From Octopus sinensis (taxonomy: Eukaryota), in assembly GCF_006345805.1 (NCBI RefSeq), contig NC_043013.1:10168001-10232000 (forward strand): 64,000 bases of DNA, written 5' to 3'. How positions within the stretch are numbered: position 1 is the first letter of the stretch; the number at the start of each line of letters is the position of its first letter. The translations under genes were made by a program, and so were the position numbers. The notes under the pieces were generated by a model. It was not told the origin of the DNA and searched no databases. It was given only the letters and a program-made list of their open reading frames with translations. This document shows positions 41,300-54,060 of the stretch, piece by piece.

Positions 41300-43640
41300 T
41301 CATGGCCCACAAATCTCCAGAAGTTGACACACTGCCTAGAGCAGTTTAATGTCTTGCCCAGTCAATATTATAGGGAACAGACGTTTGAGATAGCAAAGGT
41401 TCAAAGCTATAGTTCAAAACCTTAACTATAAAGTTTTTCTTGTTTATATTGACATATAAGGGAAGACAATTATCTGAAGGAAGATAACAATAAGTTATGA
41501 CAATAAGAACGCTGATTACAAAAATGTTGAAATTAGTAGTGTGATTTTCTCATAACACGGAAACTTATGTAATCATGTCTCGGTCTTTACTGATCATTCT
41601 CAATATTTTAATAGCCAAAATTGTTTTTCAAATACCTGCAAATAAAAAGTTCTTGCTTTTTTACTTACTACAAGGATAGATTCATACGTACTTAAATATA
41701 TACGCACATGAAAGCATTCATACAAATATACATACAAAAGACTCGTGAAATCTAGTCCAAAATCCTCATACTTGTAACCGAAAATGATACGGCTCTCTGA
41801 TGTCATGAATATTTCAAGGGGAATATTCTAAAGGGGTAATTTACCTGTGCATATGTATATTGTGGTCTTAAATCTACTGTCATGTCTTCCACGGAAATTC
41901 ACTGGTTATTTCTTGAGTGTGCAAAACTAGACACTAATGTCATTTTTATCCTCTTCGTGGACAATGAAAAAATATATTCTGAAAATATTTTTAACCCGAA
42001 AATCAGATGGATTCAATTGCAAAATTTTCTACTAGAACAGGGATACAATTTGGTCTAATGAAATAATTATATTTAAAAACTACATGTGATGTAACTGTTC
42101 CTCAAACCCCAAATTTTTGCGTCTTTACTCTCTCTCTGTGTCTTTGCTGTTCTACAAAACAAGTGCCGGCTTAAAAGTATTATGACAGTCATCGCATTAC
42201 TCTTACCACGAGGCATTATCCCACAATGAATTTGCAGTATCTGTGCCGTACCAAGGTTTGTCTGGTCTATACAGGAAATCTGCACGATAAACATTACAAA
42301 CTGGCAATGGCTACAAATTTACACAGAGACGGATGCCAATAGATTCTATCTAAGAAGTAAAGAGGGACGAAGAGATTTAAGATTAATGGAAGCAACCTTC
42401 GAGCGCCATAAAACATCGCTCACAAAGCATCTGCCAAATAATTACAGCAAAAATCAATACATCAACCAGTTGCTGAAAATGAAATGACTAAAATCCTGCT
42501 CGTCGTTAGGTGAGTTCCAAAAGATGGGCAAGGCTCGCATATCTCAGCAAAGAACTGGAAGATAAACCCTATATACAGCTCAAAATAGTTATACGTGGAT
42601 ATGTTTCCCATAAAGGAGAAAAGAATGCCAATATTAACATGAAGGAAAGCCTCTTCTAGACTCCTCACTACTAAATTACGTTACATATTGAAAATTATGT
42701 ATTTGCAATCCAACAGCTGGAGAAAGCTACCAAATATTTCCTGAACTAGGAATTAAATGAAGCCTTTCAAATCACAAGACGCACTGGCAAGTGTGCGTTC
42801 TTTTCTAGAGGATATAACGCATGCAATATGCAGTTTCCAATAATGTCATGTAGTTATTACTTGCCATTGCGTTATAATGTTACTAAAACAATATATGGTA
42901 CTCTCCCCAGAAAAGACTGCCCTAGGATACACACAAACAGCAGTGGAGGCGCAATGGCCCAGTGGTAATGGCAGCGGACTCGCGGTCGGAGGATCGCGGT
43001 TTCGATTCCCAGACCGGGCGTTGTGTGTGTTTATTGAGCGAAAACACCTAAAGCTCCACGAGGCCGCGGCAGGGGGTTTTGGCGACCCCTGTTGTACTCT
43101 TTCTCTCCAACTTTCTCTCATTCTTTCTTCCTGTTTCTTGTCCCCGACTTCCTACGCAACCGCTGAGCCTGGATGCGCATTCATCCATCCGTCGATGCTC
43201 TCGGTGTCGTGGGGTTGACCTGCTTTCTCTTCTGCGGGTCTTACGAATAGCTAAGGACTTCTCCCATCTTGCGAGCTCAACAGCAACAGACCGTTCGCTC
43301 AACAGTAACAGGATCGCTCAACACAAACAGCATTTTTGCCATGGAATACTTATCGACAAACTATTTTAAAGTCCTACCAAGTGCAAACTTAAAAGATCTA
43401 TCAATTATTTGGGATTAAAAAAAAAGTGTAGAAGTGTCATGTACTGCCCAAGAAATTAGTTAAAAATAGATATGAACATCTCCAAAATTAGCGAGAATAT
43501 TTTTTGAACAACTGCTACGAAACCTGAAATTTACATTCATATGAATAGTCGCTTGAGCAATCGTTTATATTGATAAAGGTCAAAGCCGGAATCTAGAGAA
43601 GCTTTGATTTTCAATCAAAGGAACTGATCGGCTTCAATGA
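41300..43640 (+). mobile_element. Highly degenerate R4/Dong-like non-LTR retrotransposon (RT, zinc finger, RLE)
   Basis: In order: RGIF*RGNL (about 41818), LFVDNEKIY, TGIQFGL, RFYLRSKRG, ENYVFAIQQ, EDITHAIC...LRYNV, DLSIIWD*KKK; many stops and frameshifts. Confidence 0.6.
42943..43320 (+). mobile_element. tRNA-derived SINE (family C head) with 12-bp TSD
   Basis: Head ggaggcgcaatggcccagtgg...ggtttcgattccca; TSD acacaaacagca at 42931-42942 and 43321-43332. Confidence 0.88.
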
Positions 43641-43929
43641 AATTTGCAGACTTAAACTGTAAATGGAATCAACAAAACTTTTCCTGTTAGAAATAGCAAC
43701 ACAAATGTTTTTAAATCACATCCAAATGCTGGATGCTCAAGAAACCAAATGAAGGGCAGCATTTCGATCTCTGGATCATCCTGATTCCAAAATGGTATAA
43801 TAAACCTATGTTGAGCAGACTGAGACGGACTGACAAAATTTAGCTCTGACATATCTGTGTGCGTGTGTAACTGTACCTGTGCACGTGTATGTATGTGTGC
43901 AGGTATTGTGCTGACAGCTAGCTCTCAAA

Positions 43930-44095
43930 GTTTTTTTTTCTCTTTCTGTTTATTTTCTCATGTTCCTTTCTGTTGAAGAGCGTAGGCTCGAAACGTAAAC
44001 GTCTTTCTCACCTTCCTGAGCGTTAAACTAATACACCTGTTTGTTGTTTATACATCTGTCTTCATCTTTTGTTTTTCTGTAAATTACAGCTATAT
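43930..44095 (+). mobile_element. Family H1 element, hammerhead-like motif at 43965-43999
   Basis: CUGUUGA-A-GAGC GUAG GCUC-GAAAC-GUA. Confidence 0.75.
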
Positions 44096-44313
44096 ATATA
44101 TACATATGGTGAGAGAAAGGGAAAGAGAGGACAAGAGAGATGTATGTGAAATAAATTCATGTACTTCTATACTTAAAAATCTTAAAGCTTACCCCACTGT
44201 TTATCTATTTAAAACAATTAACAAGAACATATAACAATGTTTATATTTATAACTCAAAAACATTAAATGAAGTAGCTATTACCCTTTATTCTTCCTCCGC
44301 CTCCTCTTGGTTG

Positions 44314-44344
<31 letters not shown>

Positions 44345-44345
44345 T

Positions 44346-44406
<61 letters not shown>

Positions 44407-44799
44407 ATTACATCGTCGTCGTCGTCATGGTGAGCTGGCAGAACCGTTAGCTTATCGGGGAAAATGGTTAGCGATATTTATTTTGTCTCTTTACGTTCTA
44501 TGTTCAAATTCCGCCGAGGTCGACTGTAACCTTCATGGTCGATAAAATAAGTGCCAGTTGAAACCTAGAGTCGATGTAATCCGCTTCCCAACTCATTTAA
44601 TATCCTGCCCTTGCCCCAAAACATGAAAAGGGAGTGGTGAGCTCGCAGAATTTTTAGGGCATCGGCAAAAAGCTTTGGGCCATTTGTTTAGGCTCTTCAT
44701 ATTTTGAGCTCAAACCCCGAAGGTATTGACTTTAAGTACCAGTCAAATACTGGGGTCGATGTATACGACAACCCTCCCTTTTGCTGGCCCACTTCCAAA

Positions 44800-45255
44800 A
44801 TTTCTTGCATTTTTATTTCATTTTAACTCAGGTTTTATTGGAACACGTAGTGTCGTGCATGTGCAGCGGACTTGCGGCCTGCAGTATACGGTACCATACT
44901 ATCTGTTCTTTTTAATCATCTGATTATTCTGGCCGTGCCAAGGAGGCAACCAATTCTACTGGGCACCGTATTCTGATTTCCTTCGTATACCTCTTAATGA
45001 TTTGTGATACTGTCCACAAGACCTCAACAAAAATTGTCACAATCTTCACACGCTCCATTCTCCATAGCCGGGCTGTTTAGTAATCAAGAAGATTGTATAT
45101 ATCTATTTTCTCGCCTTCCTTCTTGACTATTCGTGGGTCAAAGGAGCCACAATATCAATTATATAGCACATGTGATGCACCTTGTCCACCACCACTAAGT
45201 CCGCTTTGTTATGCTGTAGCACCTCATATGTCTAGATTGGAAAATCCAACAGGAC

Positions 45256-45256
<1 letters not shown>
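44800..45256 (-). mobile_element. 5'-truncated R4/Dong-like element, RLE domain, abutting (TAA)n
   Basis: LDFPI*TYEVLQHNKADLVVVDK...CYIIDIVAP / DPRIVKKEGEKID...ARLWRM...CLLGTARIIR. Confidence 0.8.
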
Positions 45257-45292
<36 letters not shown>

Positions 45293-45297
45293 ATAAC

Positions 45298-45329
<32 letters not shown>

Positions 45330-45456
45330 CAACAATAATAATAACAACCACAACAACAATAATAATGATAATAATAACAATAATAATAATAAGTATTATT
45401 ATTATGAATATTATTATTATTATTATTATTAATATTATTTTATTATAATTATTATA

Positions 45457-45492
<36 letters not shown>

Positions 45493-45513
45493 GTTATTAT
45501 TATTATTGTTATT

Positions 45514-45544
<31 letters not shown>

Positions 45545-45547
45545 CTG

Positions 45548-45612
<65 letters not shown>
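45257..45612. repeat. (TTA)n-(AAT)n-(TTA/TTG)n array with two strand switches
   Basis: Directly visible. Confidence 0.95.
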
Positions 45613-45613
<1 letters not shown>

Positions 45614-46435
45614 TTTTTCTTCTTCCTTCAGTTTTGCTTCCTTTTCTTGCCGAGTGTCTTCCCAACATCTAAGACAAAGGAACTCGCTGTATACATTGAT
45701 AGGTCATTAAAATAAACACACCAGATTGTACATTTACAAAACCAAATAAAGTTATGTAAGAAAGAGTATATATTTACATAAACGGTTATCGTTCTCACAG
45801 CGAAAATGCTCCTTTCAGTACATGTGATGTACCAGTTAAAATAATATTATGCACTTCTAGCAGCGATTGTAAGGCAAGGATCATTCTGAAATAATTTTCG
45901 GTTCATATTTGTTTATTCTTAATGTTCGTACAATTTCTGCACGCCGGGTGAAATGCTTGGGGGTATTTCGTCCGTCTTTTCGTTCTGAGCTCAAATTCCA
46001 CCGATGTCGACTTTGCATTTCCTCCTTTCGGGGGTCGCTAAAATAAGTACCAGTTGAGTACTGGAGTCGATTTAAACGATATAGTCCCTCCCACGAAAAT
46101 GGTGGCCTTGTGCCAAAATTTAGGCCATTATTATTCTTAATATTGTTGTTATTCTTGTTGTTCTCTTTGTTGTTGCTGTTGTTACTATTACGATTATTGA
46201 AACAGGGCTGAGATTGCAGAATCGTTAACATTCCAGAAGAAACGCTTAGTAGTATTTCGCCCTACACGCTCTGAGTTCAAATTCTGTCAAGTTCAACTTT
46301 GTATATCATACTTACGGGTTCGATAAAATAAATACAAGACAAGTACCGGAGTCGATGTAATCGACTTACCCCCAGCACCACAATTTCAGGCTTTATCCTA
46401 TACTAGAAAAGATTATTATTATGATTATTATTATT

Positions 46436-46555
<120 letters not shown>

Positions 46556-47259
46556 TTCTTTAAAGTTAAACATTAAGCCTAGAAAAGCGAAACATTCACA
46601 TGCGATACGTTTATTTACATTATTAACTTATTTCAGCAACGTAATTTGACTAAATTTGTAATTTAGCTTCGCAAAAACACTACACTATCGCACAAGGAGA
46701 AACAAAAAATATATAATATAGGATAGAAAAAATAAACACATTGAAAAAAAAAATAATAATAATAATAAAGCGTTCGAAGAAAACACACAAAAAATATCCA
46801 AAAAGGTACAACAGACAAATGAAGTTTATGTTGACGTGTTTTGGCTGTTTGTCTATGGAAACCATACGTTTTTTTTTTATTGTATTTCTTAATAAAACAG
46901 AAGGCGGTCTAGCAAGAAATGTTGATATTTGGTAGGTTTATATTTATTTACTTATTCATTTTACTTTATTTGTTTTTGTTTCTGTTAGTGCCGAAGGGAG
47001 ACCAGATGGAGTTTGTAAAGAATGGTAGTGTTTATCTCGTTACTTCTGTTGACGTTAGATGCTGTCATCGAGTGTTAAATATACGCCGAAGATACACGGT
47101 TGCTTACAAGATATACATTTAATCTCGCTCGCAACATGTGAAAGATGCATACACAAAACCCGTAAACTACTCCCTTTTTTTCTTCTCCCCCTCTCTCTCT
47201 CTCACACTCATCATTGATACCTACACATACATACATGCAAACTTACGCATATCCACACC

Positions 47260-47326
<67 letters not shown>

Positions 47327-47335
47327 CATACATAT

Positions 47336-47377
<42 letters not shown>

Positions 47378-47391
47378 ATATATTATATATG

Positions 47392-47476
<85 letters not shown>

Positions 47477-47898
47477 CTATATATATATATATACATATAA
47501 AACTTACTTGGAAAGGATGCGTGGCGCTCAATCATATAACAATATATAAATATATGCATATATACATACATATATGTACATACCTACATTTATATGTATA
47601 TATATACATGCATATATGGCTAGAGGACATAAAACAACGTTGAACACAATAAGAAACGAAAACATAAAAACAAAAAACATGTAACGAACTTTTTTTTTCA
47701 AGCAAAGAAAAAACAGAGTACAAGACATACAACACAAGGAATATTCCTCTTCTTCAGTTGTCCCTGTTTCGTCTGTTCCTGTTTCGAAGGTAATATATAT
47801 ATATATATATATATATACCCATGTGTACATATATTTTATACATTACCTCTATATATACAAACATATGATTATATATGTACACACCTATCTACATCTGT

Positions 47899-49216
47899 CT
47901 TAAATCCTTAAATCCTTAAAAATGTTTTAGCCCGAAGGCCGCGGCCATGCTGGGGCACCACCGCTGAATGAGCTACACTAGTTTGTGAATCCACCTCTGA
48001 TACGTGGCACTTGATCAACAAGGGAGTTCGATGCTGCTGCCCGCATCCGTGTCTCCTGTCGTGAGGTAGGTTCATCTAGGACTCCCAACAAGAAGAGATC
48101 CAGTTTAGTTTTAAAGAAACCCACATCCACACCATGTAAGTCTCTCAGGCATTTAGGGAGGATGTTAAAGAGCTGTGGTCCTCTGAAACCCAAGCTGTTG
48201 CAGTATCTGGACCTGTATTTTGATGGTGATGTTGGAATCCTTGGCACCACGCAGCGGCGCCTCGTTCTGCGGTTGGAGTAACTTTGAATGCCAAAGTTTG
48301 GGACAAGACCCTCCAGGATTTTCCAGATGTATATCACTGCATATCTCTCCCGCCTCCGCTCCAGGGAGAAGAGGTTTAATACCTTCAGTCTTTCCCAGTA
48401 GCTGACATTTTGCATTGAGACGATTTTCTTTGTGTAGCTTCTCTGAGTTGCTTCGAGTTCTGCTGTTTGTTTTATATTTGTGGTGACCAAAGTTGGGAGC
48501 AGTAGTCCAAGCGGCTGAGGACAAATGTTTTCCATAGGACCATCAGTGTCTCCTTCTCTCTTGTTCTGAAAGTTCGGAGAATCCATCCAGCTAGCCGTCT
48601 GCATTTTATCACCAGATTAGCAATATGCATTTGGAAAGATGCATCATTGCTCATGTCAATGCCCAGGTCACGCACTGATTTTGACTCAGGGATTGCAATT
48701 CTTCCTGGGCCAGTGTATCCAGTCTTCACGTCATTTACTTTGTGTGCCAGTAGCGCAGGGCCTGGAACTTACCTGCATTAAACTGCATGTTGTTGTCCTC
48801 AGCCCACCTGTATATTGTGTCCAGCTCATGTTGCAGATGCGCAATATTTTCAGGGTTTTGTATTGCGTGGGAGACTTTTGTGTCATCTGCATAGCTAGCA
48901 AGGGTGGTCATCGTAGCAACTGAAGGCATGTCTGAAAGGGCCACTATGAACATCAGTGGCCCCAAGACAGTGCCCTGTGGGACACCGCTTGTTATTTGCG
49001 TTTCCCTGGAGGTGGCTCCATTGCTCACAACTGCCTGTTTTCTGTCTTTTAGGAAGTTGTGCAGCCACTCTCCAAGTTTCCGGCCTATGCCGAGACCACG
49101 CAGTTTGTGACAGATCATACCATGGTCGACTTTATCAAAGGCTTTTGCAAAGTCAAGATATATTACATCCACATTTGAGCCATTTAGTAGCTGTTTCGAC
49201 ACCCAGTCATAGTGTC
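47899..49216 (-). mobile_element. CR1-type LINE, 5'-truncated, RT plus 3' UTR, two frameshifts
   Basis: YLDFAKAFDKV, SGVPQGTVLGP, YADDTK, VRDLG, SRLDYCSQLWSP, LERRRER; frameshifts at about 48735 and 48485; stop at 47978; (TTTAAGGA)n tail. Confidence 0.95.
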
Positions 49217-49262
49217 TGTATATACACACACACACACACACATACATTTATATATATATATA

Positions 49263-49302
<40 letters not shown>

Positions 49303-49557
49303 TATATATAGGAGATATGTGTGTATATTTAGGTATTTATATATTTACAAACATATGCATAGGCATCCGTTCACACAGACACTCAAACATGCATACATAT
49401 ATACATACTTAGATGTACACACCGTTTAGTTTTGGAAATATATCACTAATCCGGCACACGTAGAAGATCCACTGCACAAAATTACATACATAATTTCTTA
49501 CATACATGCATACATAAGGACATTCATATACACATAAGTAGGGGTGTATATATATAT

Positions 49558-49607
<50 letters not shown>

Positions 49608-50139
49608 ATATATTATATTAAAATTCAAATACATGTATTTATAAGCATATATGTATGTGTAATTAGGTGTTGTTTCCAGTTTGTTTATCTTCCTATGTGT
49701 ATAAGCTTATATGTATAGACGCATACCCACTCACCTGCATGTATATATTCTCATATGTGCATGAATATTTGTGTACTCCATGTACACATGTGTGTGGATC
49801 TGTATTTATAATCATACATGTAATTGTATAAGTGTAAGTAAAATGTATACGAGTTTATAATTGGTAGTTATTATGCATTAACACATAAACAAACATCACT
49901 ATATCCCTATCGCCACGATATACACATATTGTGATTAATTTACACGCACGCTGTCACAAGCACAGATGAGAACGTTAACACAAACATCCATATATTTTGC
50001 TAGACAAATAGGCAGATAGATAAATAGAGAGATAGATAAATAAATAAAGAGATAGATAGATACATACATACGTACATACTTACATAGACGGGCAGACAAA
50101 CAGCTAGAATCATATTTAGATATACAGATTGTTAGATTG

Positions 50140-50146
50140 ATTGATT

Positions 50147-50196
<50 letters not shown>

Positions 50197-50254
50197 CAGG
50201 CAGATAGAAAGAGAGAGACAGCTGGATTCATAGATATGCAGATAGATAGATAAC

Positions 50255-50305
<51 letters not shown>

Positions 50306-50450
50306 TTAAGTAGGGAGGTAGGTAGGTAGGAAGGTAGGTAAGAATGTATGTATGTATGTATGCATGTATGTATGTGTATGTATGTAGGTAGGTAGGTAGG
50401 TAGTAGGTAGGTAGGTAGTAGGTAGGTAGGTAGGTAGGTAGGTAGGTAGA
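50140..50450. repeat. (GATA)n-(TATG)n-(TAGG)n array
   Basis: Directly visible. Confidence 0.95.
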
Positions 50451-51104
50451 GTAATGCCTCGGTACACGACTTGATTTGTTCCTTGAGATGTAATTCGTTC
50501 TCAGAAAAATATTTTACCTATATAATTTATAATACTCGTAAATAAATTACCATAAATTAACAAGCGAATGTAAAGAATATTTTATGAAAAGTAAAAAGAA
50601 TATCGAAATTATTTATAATAATATCATTATAATCGTTTTCTGAATCGCATTCGCTCCCATTAGTCTCGCGCTCACCATCCCTTGTAGATGCGTTCGCCGA
50701 TTCACAAGCACTCGTAGACAGGCCTGTAGATATCTTTTTTTTAAATCAAGTCTAGAGTTGTTTGCTTAGAAGAAGCCCTTGTTTGCTCTCTCTATATACA
50801 AGAGGAGTAAATCTAAATCATTAGTGGTAGTCTCACCCTGGTGCAGATTAGAAACTTTATGTAGGAGCATCACGTGTGGAAGCAAAAGCAGATATTTTTG
50901 CTTATGCACCTCGAAATAAAACAAAAAACAATAGTTTTGTTCATAAAGAAATATTCACTCTTAAATGCAGCATGAATACTTCAATAATTATATTTCTGCC
51001 ATTACTATTATTATATTCAAGAACGAAATCGATGTTTTTTCCACTTCAATTATTACATAATTTTACTCTTATAAAAATCCACACAAACAGGAGGAGTAAT
51101 TTAT

Positions 51105-51149
<45 letters not shown>

Positions 51150-51284
51150 ACTTTGAATGTGGCTCCCTAGAAACAGTAAAAGTATTACCGGATCAACGAG
51201 GGGTAACATTACTTGTAGGAAATATATGTAATTGCAACGAAGTTATTAAAATTTCAGGCCCGTTTGTGACTTTGGGGCCACCAC

Positions 51285-51319
<35 letters not shown>

Positions 51320-51339
51320 CAGCTAAGCGCAATATGATA

Positions 51340-51574
51340 CCTATTTCTTTACTACCCACAAGGGGCTAAACGCAGAGGGGATAAACAAGGACAGAAAAAC
51401 GGATTAAGTCGATTAGATCGACCCCAGTGCGTAACTGGTACTTATTTAATCGACCCTGAAAGGAAGAAAGGCAAAGTCGACCTCGGCGGAATTTGAACTT
51501 AGAACGTAACGGCAGACGAAATACCGCTAAGTATTTTGCCCAGCGTGTTAACGATTTTGCCTGCTCGCCGCCTT
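51340..51574 (-). mobile_element. SINE family B, full length
   Basis: Matches the B consensus. Confidence 0.92.
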
Positions 51575-51747
51575 ACGATACCATAAAAGAAAAATTCAAT
51601 TGTCATTAAGTGTGACTAAGGGCGCCGGCGAACCTACATTGCTAGAAATAAGAAATAAAATACCCTTAATGTTATAGGAAGAGCGCAGATATATGATTAT
51701 AGGGAAGGCAACATCCACATGCCGACACGAAATCCTTTAGACTATCC

Positions 51748-51784
51748 GTCTAGTTTCGTCTATTCCGTAGATCTCTTCAGTGCA
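51748..51784 (-). ncRNA. Degenerate minimal type I hammerhead relic
   Basis: CUGAAGA-GA-UCUA CGGAA UAGA-C-GAAAC-UA-GAC; GUC mutated to GAC; stem I not evident. Confidence 0.5.
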
Positions 51785-51927
51785 TGCATTCACATTTACA
51801 TGTGAATGTACGCGTTGCGGGTTTGTATGTTTGTCACATAATTCTGTATAGAAGAAGTCGATATCATGCTATACGTGAAGACGTTGGGATTTTACATACA
51901 CACACACACGCACTCATATACCAACAT

Positions 51928-51959
<32 letters not shown>

Positions 51960-52146
51960 AAATAATACATGGAGAGATAGAGAGAGAGATAAAGTGCGAG
52001 AGAGATAGACTTCAATCGCAAGTCACCGTACTGGCAATAGCAATTCTCATGAGTGCTTAGTGAAATCATTCACTAATAAAAATAATAACAAGCTTATGTT
52101 AACTATACCGTTAATTAATGTTAATTAATGTTGACCTTCATTAATT

Positions 52147-52626
52147 AATAATACTCTCTGTATTAAGATAGAGAACAGCCGTATTTCTTAGCACGCCGGG
52201 CAAAAAGATTAGCGGCATTTCGTTCATATTTACGTTCTGAGTTTAAATTGCGCTGGGGTCGACTTTGCTTTCATTCCTTCCGGCTCGATTGGATAAGTAC
52301 CAGTTGAGCACTGGGGTCGATATAATGGAATTATTCCTCCACGAAGCTGCTGGCTTTGTGCCAAAATTTTAAATCAATAATACTCTCTGTATTAAGGCGG
52401 TGAGCTGGTAGAATCGTTAGCACGTCGGTCAAAATACTTAGCGACATTTCATCCGTCTAACGTTCTGAGTTCAAAATCAACCGAGGTCGACATTGCCATT
52501 CGTACTTCTTTCAGTCAATAAAACACGTACCATTTGCGCGCTGGGGTCGATATAAACGACTTACTCCTCTACGATATTGCTGGACTACTACCAAAGTTTA
52601 AAACCAATATCATTCTCTGTATTAAA
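52147..52626 (+). mobile_element. Two tandem SINE B copies delimited by three copies of a 21-nt sequence
   Basis: aataatactctctgtattaag at 52147 and 52376, variant at 52606. Confidence 0.75.
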
Positions 52627-53011
52627 TATAAGTACATTGAGACCTTGCGATTGGTTATTAGTATTACCCTATCTAATCGAAATCGTAATTCACGCCCCAC
52701 CCCAAACACATTACATGGTGAGCGAGCTTGTGTGTAGTTGCAGATAAAGTTAAATCTCAGAGAATACGAGGACAACAACTTAGAAAAAGAAAATGAACTG
52801 AATAAAGAAAGAATCACAAAGATACTGACCAACAACAGCAATTTAATAATGGTGTTTTGTAAGATTAACTCCATTAAAGTTATTCAAATTTTGATATCAC
52901 TCACTTTGCATTGTGAACCAGCTTATATATACAAAATATATATAGGTATAAAAATACACACACACATACACACAGAACACACAACAGACATACATATGAA
53001 CGCATATATAT

Positions 53012-53064
<53 letters not shown>

Positions 53065-53230
53065 CCATTACACGTATTTTTTTCTCTCCTTGTTTTTTCT
53101 GTGTCCCTTTCTATGGAAGAGCGTAGACTCGAAACGTAAAATACTTTTTCTATTCCTGAGCTTTATACTAACACATCTGTGTGTTTTGTACACTACCTGT
53201 CTTCATCTTTTTTTTTCGTAAACTCTCCCT
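53065..53230 (+). mobile_element. Family H1 element
   Basis: ctatggaagagcgtagactcgaaacgtaaaa at 53111. Confidence 0.7.
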
Positions 53231-53303
53231 ATATATATATATATATATATATAGATATGAGAATGCACCGATTTATGGTAGATTGCAACAGCAGCGATTA
53301 CTA

Positions 53304-53351
<48 letters not shown>

Positions 53352-53355
<4 letters not shown>

Positions 53356-53560
53356 CGGGAAGCTTTATGAAAATAAACAAAAGACGAAGGCAGGTGGAAT
53401 ACAAACAAACAATTGTATTAGTATGCCACCCAGGAATATAAATAAAACAAGTCTTTTACGTTTCGAGCCTACGCTCTTCAAAAGAATGATACACAGAAAA
53501 GAAACATGGAGAGAAACAAGGAGAGAAAAAAATGCGTGCAGAAGCTAGAGAATCAACTTG
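53352..53560 (-). mobile_element. Family H1 element, inverted relative to the previous copy
   Basis: gtcttttacgtttcgagcctacgctcttcaaaag at 53451-53484. Confidence 0.7.
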
Positions 53561-53575
53561 GCGATCTGTGTTTAT

Positions 53576-53624
<49 letters not shown>

Positions 53625-53686
53625 ACACAATGTAGGCAGTCATCAAAAAGTTCTTGTTCGTCGTGAGACTGATAGAGGCTCCTTGT

Positions 53687-53769
53687 CTTTCCTGAAGAGA
53701 AGACGGCATAATGCACACTTTATTCCTTCGGAATTAAGAATATGCAGTCTTCGAAAAATGTGTCGAAAG
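53687..53769 (+). ncRNA. Type I hammerhead ribozyme, one defect
   Basis: CUUUC-CUGAAGA-GAAGAC.GCAUA...UAUGC.GUCUUC-GAAA-A-AUGU-G-UC^GAAAG; stems I and II pair, G10.1-C11.1 closure; only 15.2 is A instead of C. Confidence 0.75.
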
Positions 53770-54060
53770 TAAAGGAATTTTGTTAAAATCTTCGTTCGAC
53801 TCCATTCTTTTCATTTATTCATATATATATATACATACCTGTGTATATGTATGTATGTATACACATACACATGTGCTGTGTATGTGTTGTATGAAAATCT
53901 GGAATGGAATACCATATCTGACGAGATTTATGTCCGTATTTCAACAAGTCTCTAGTGAAGTCTTTAACACCCCTTTCTATTCAAGGATTAATATTAATAC
54001 TATAGGTCTGTTACTGCCTTTCATCGTCTACACGCACAAACCTACATATACATAATATAT

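Noticed and set aside
42943-43020. tRNA-like heads as tRNA genes (also 60940-61014, 58841)
   Set aside because: They run into SINE bodies and lack a complete cloverleaf or terminator
47735-47790. GAAAC...CUGAAGA on minus
   Set aside because: Wrong order for type I and too little spacing for type II or III
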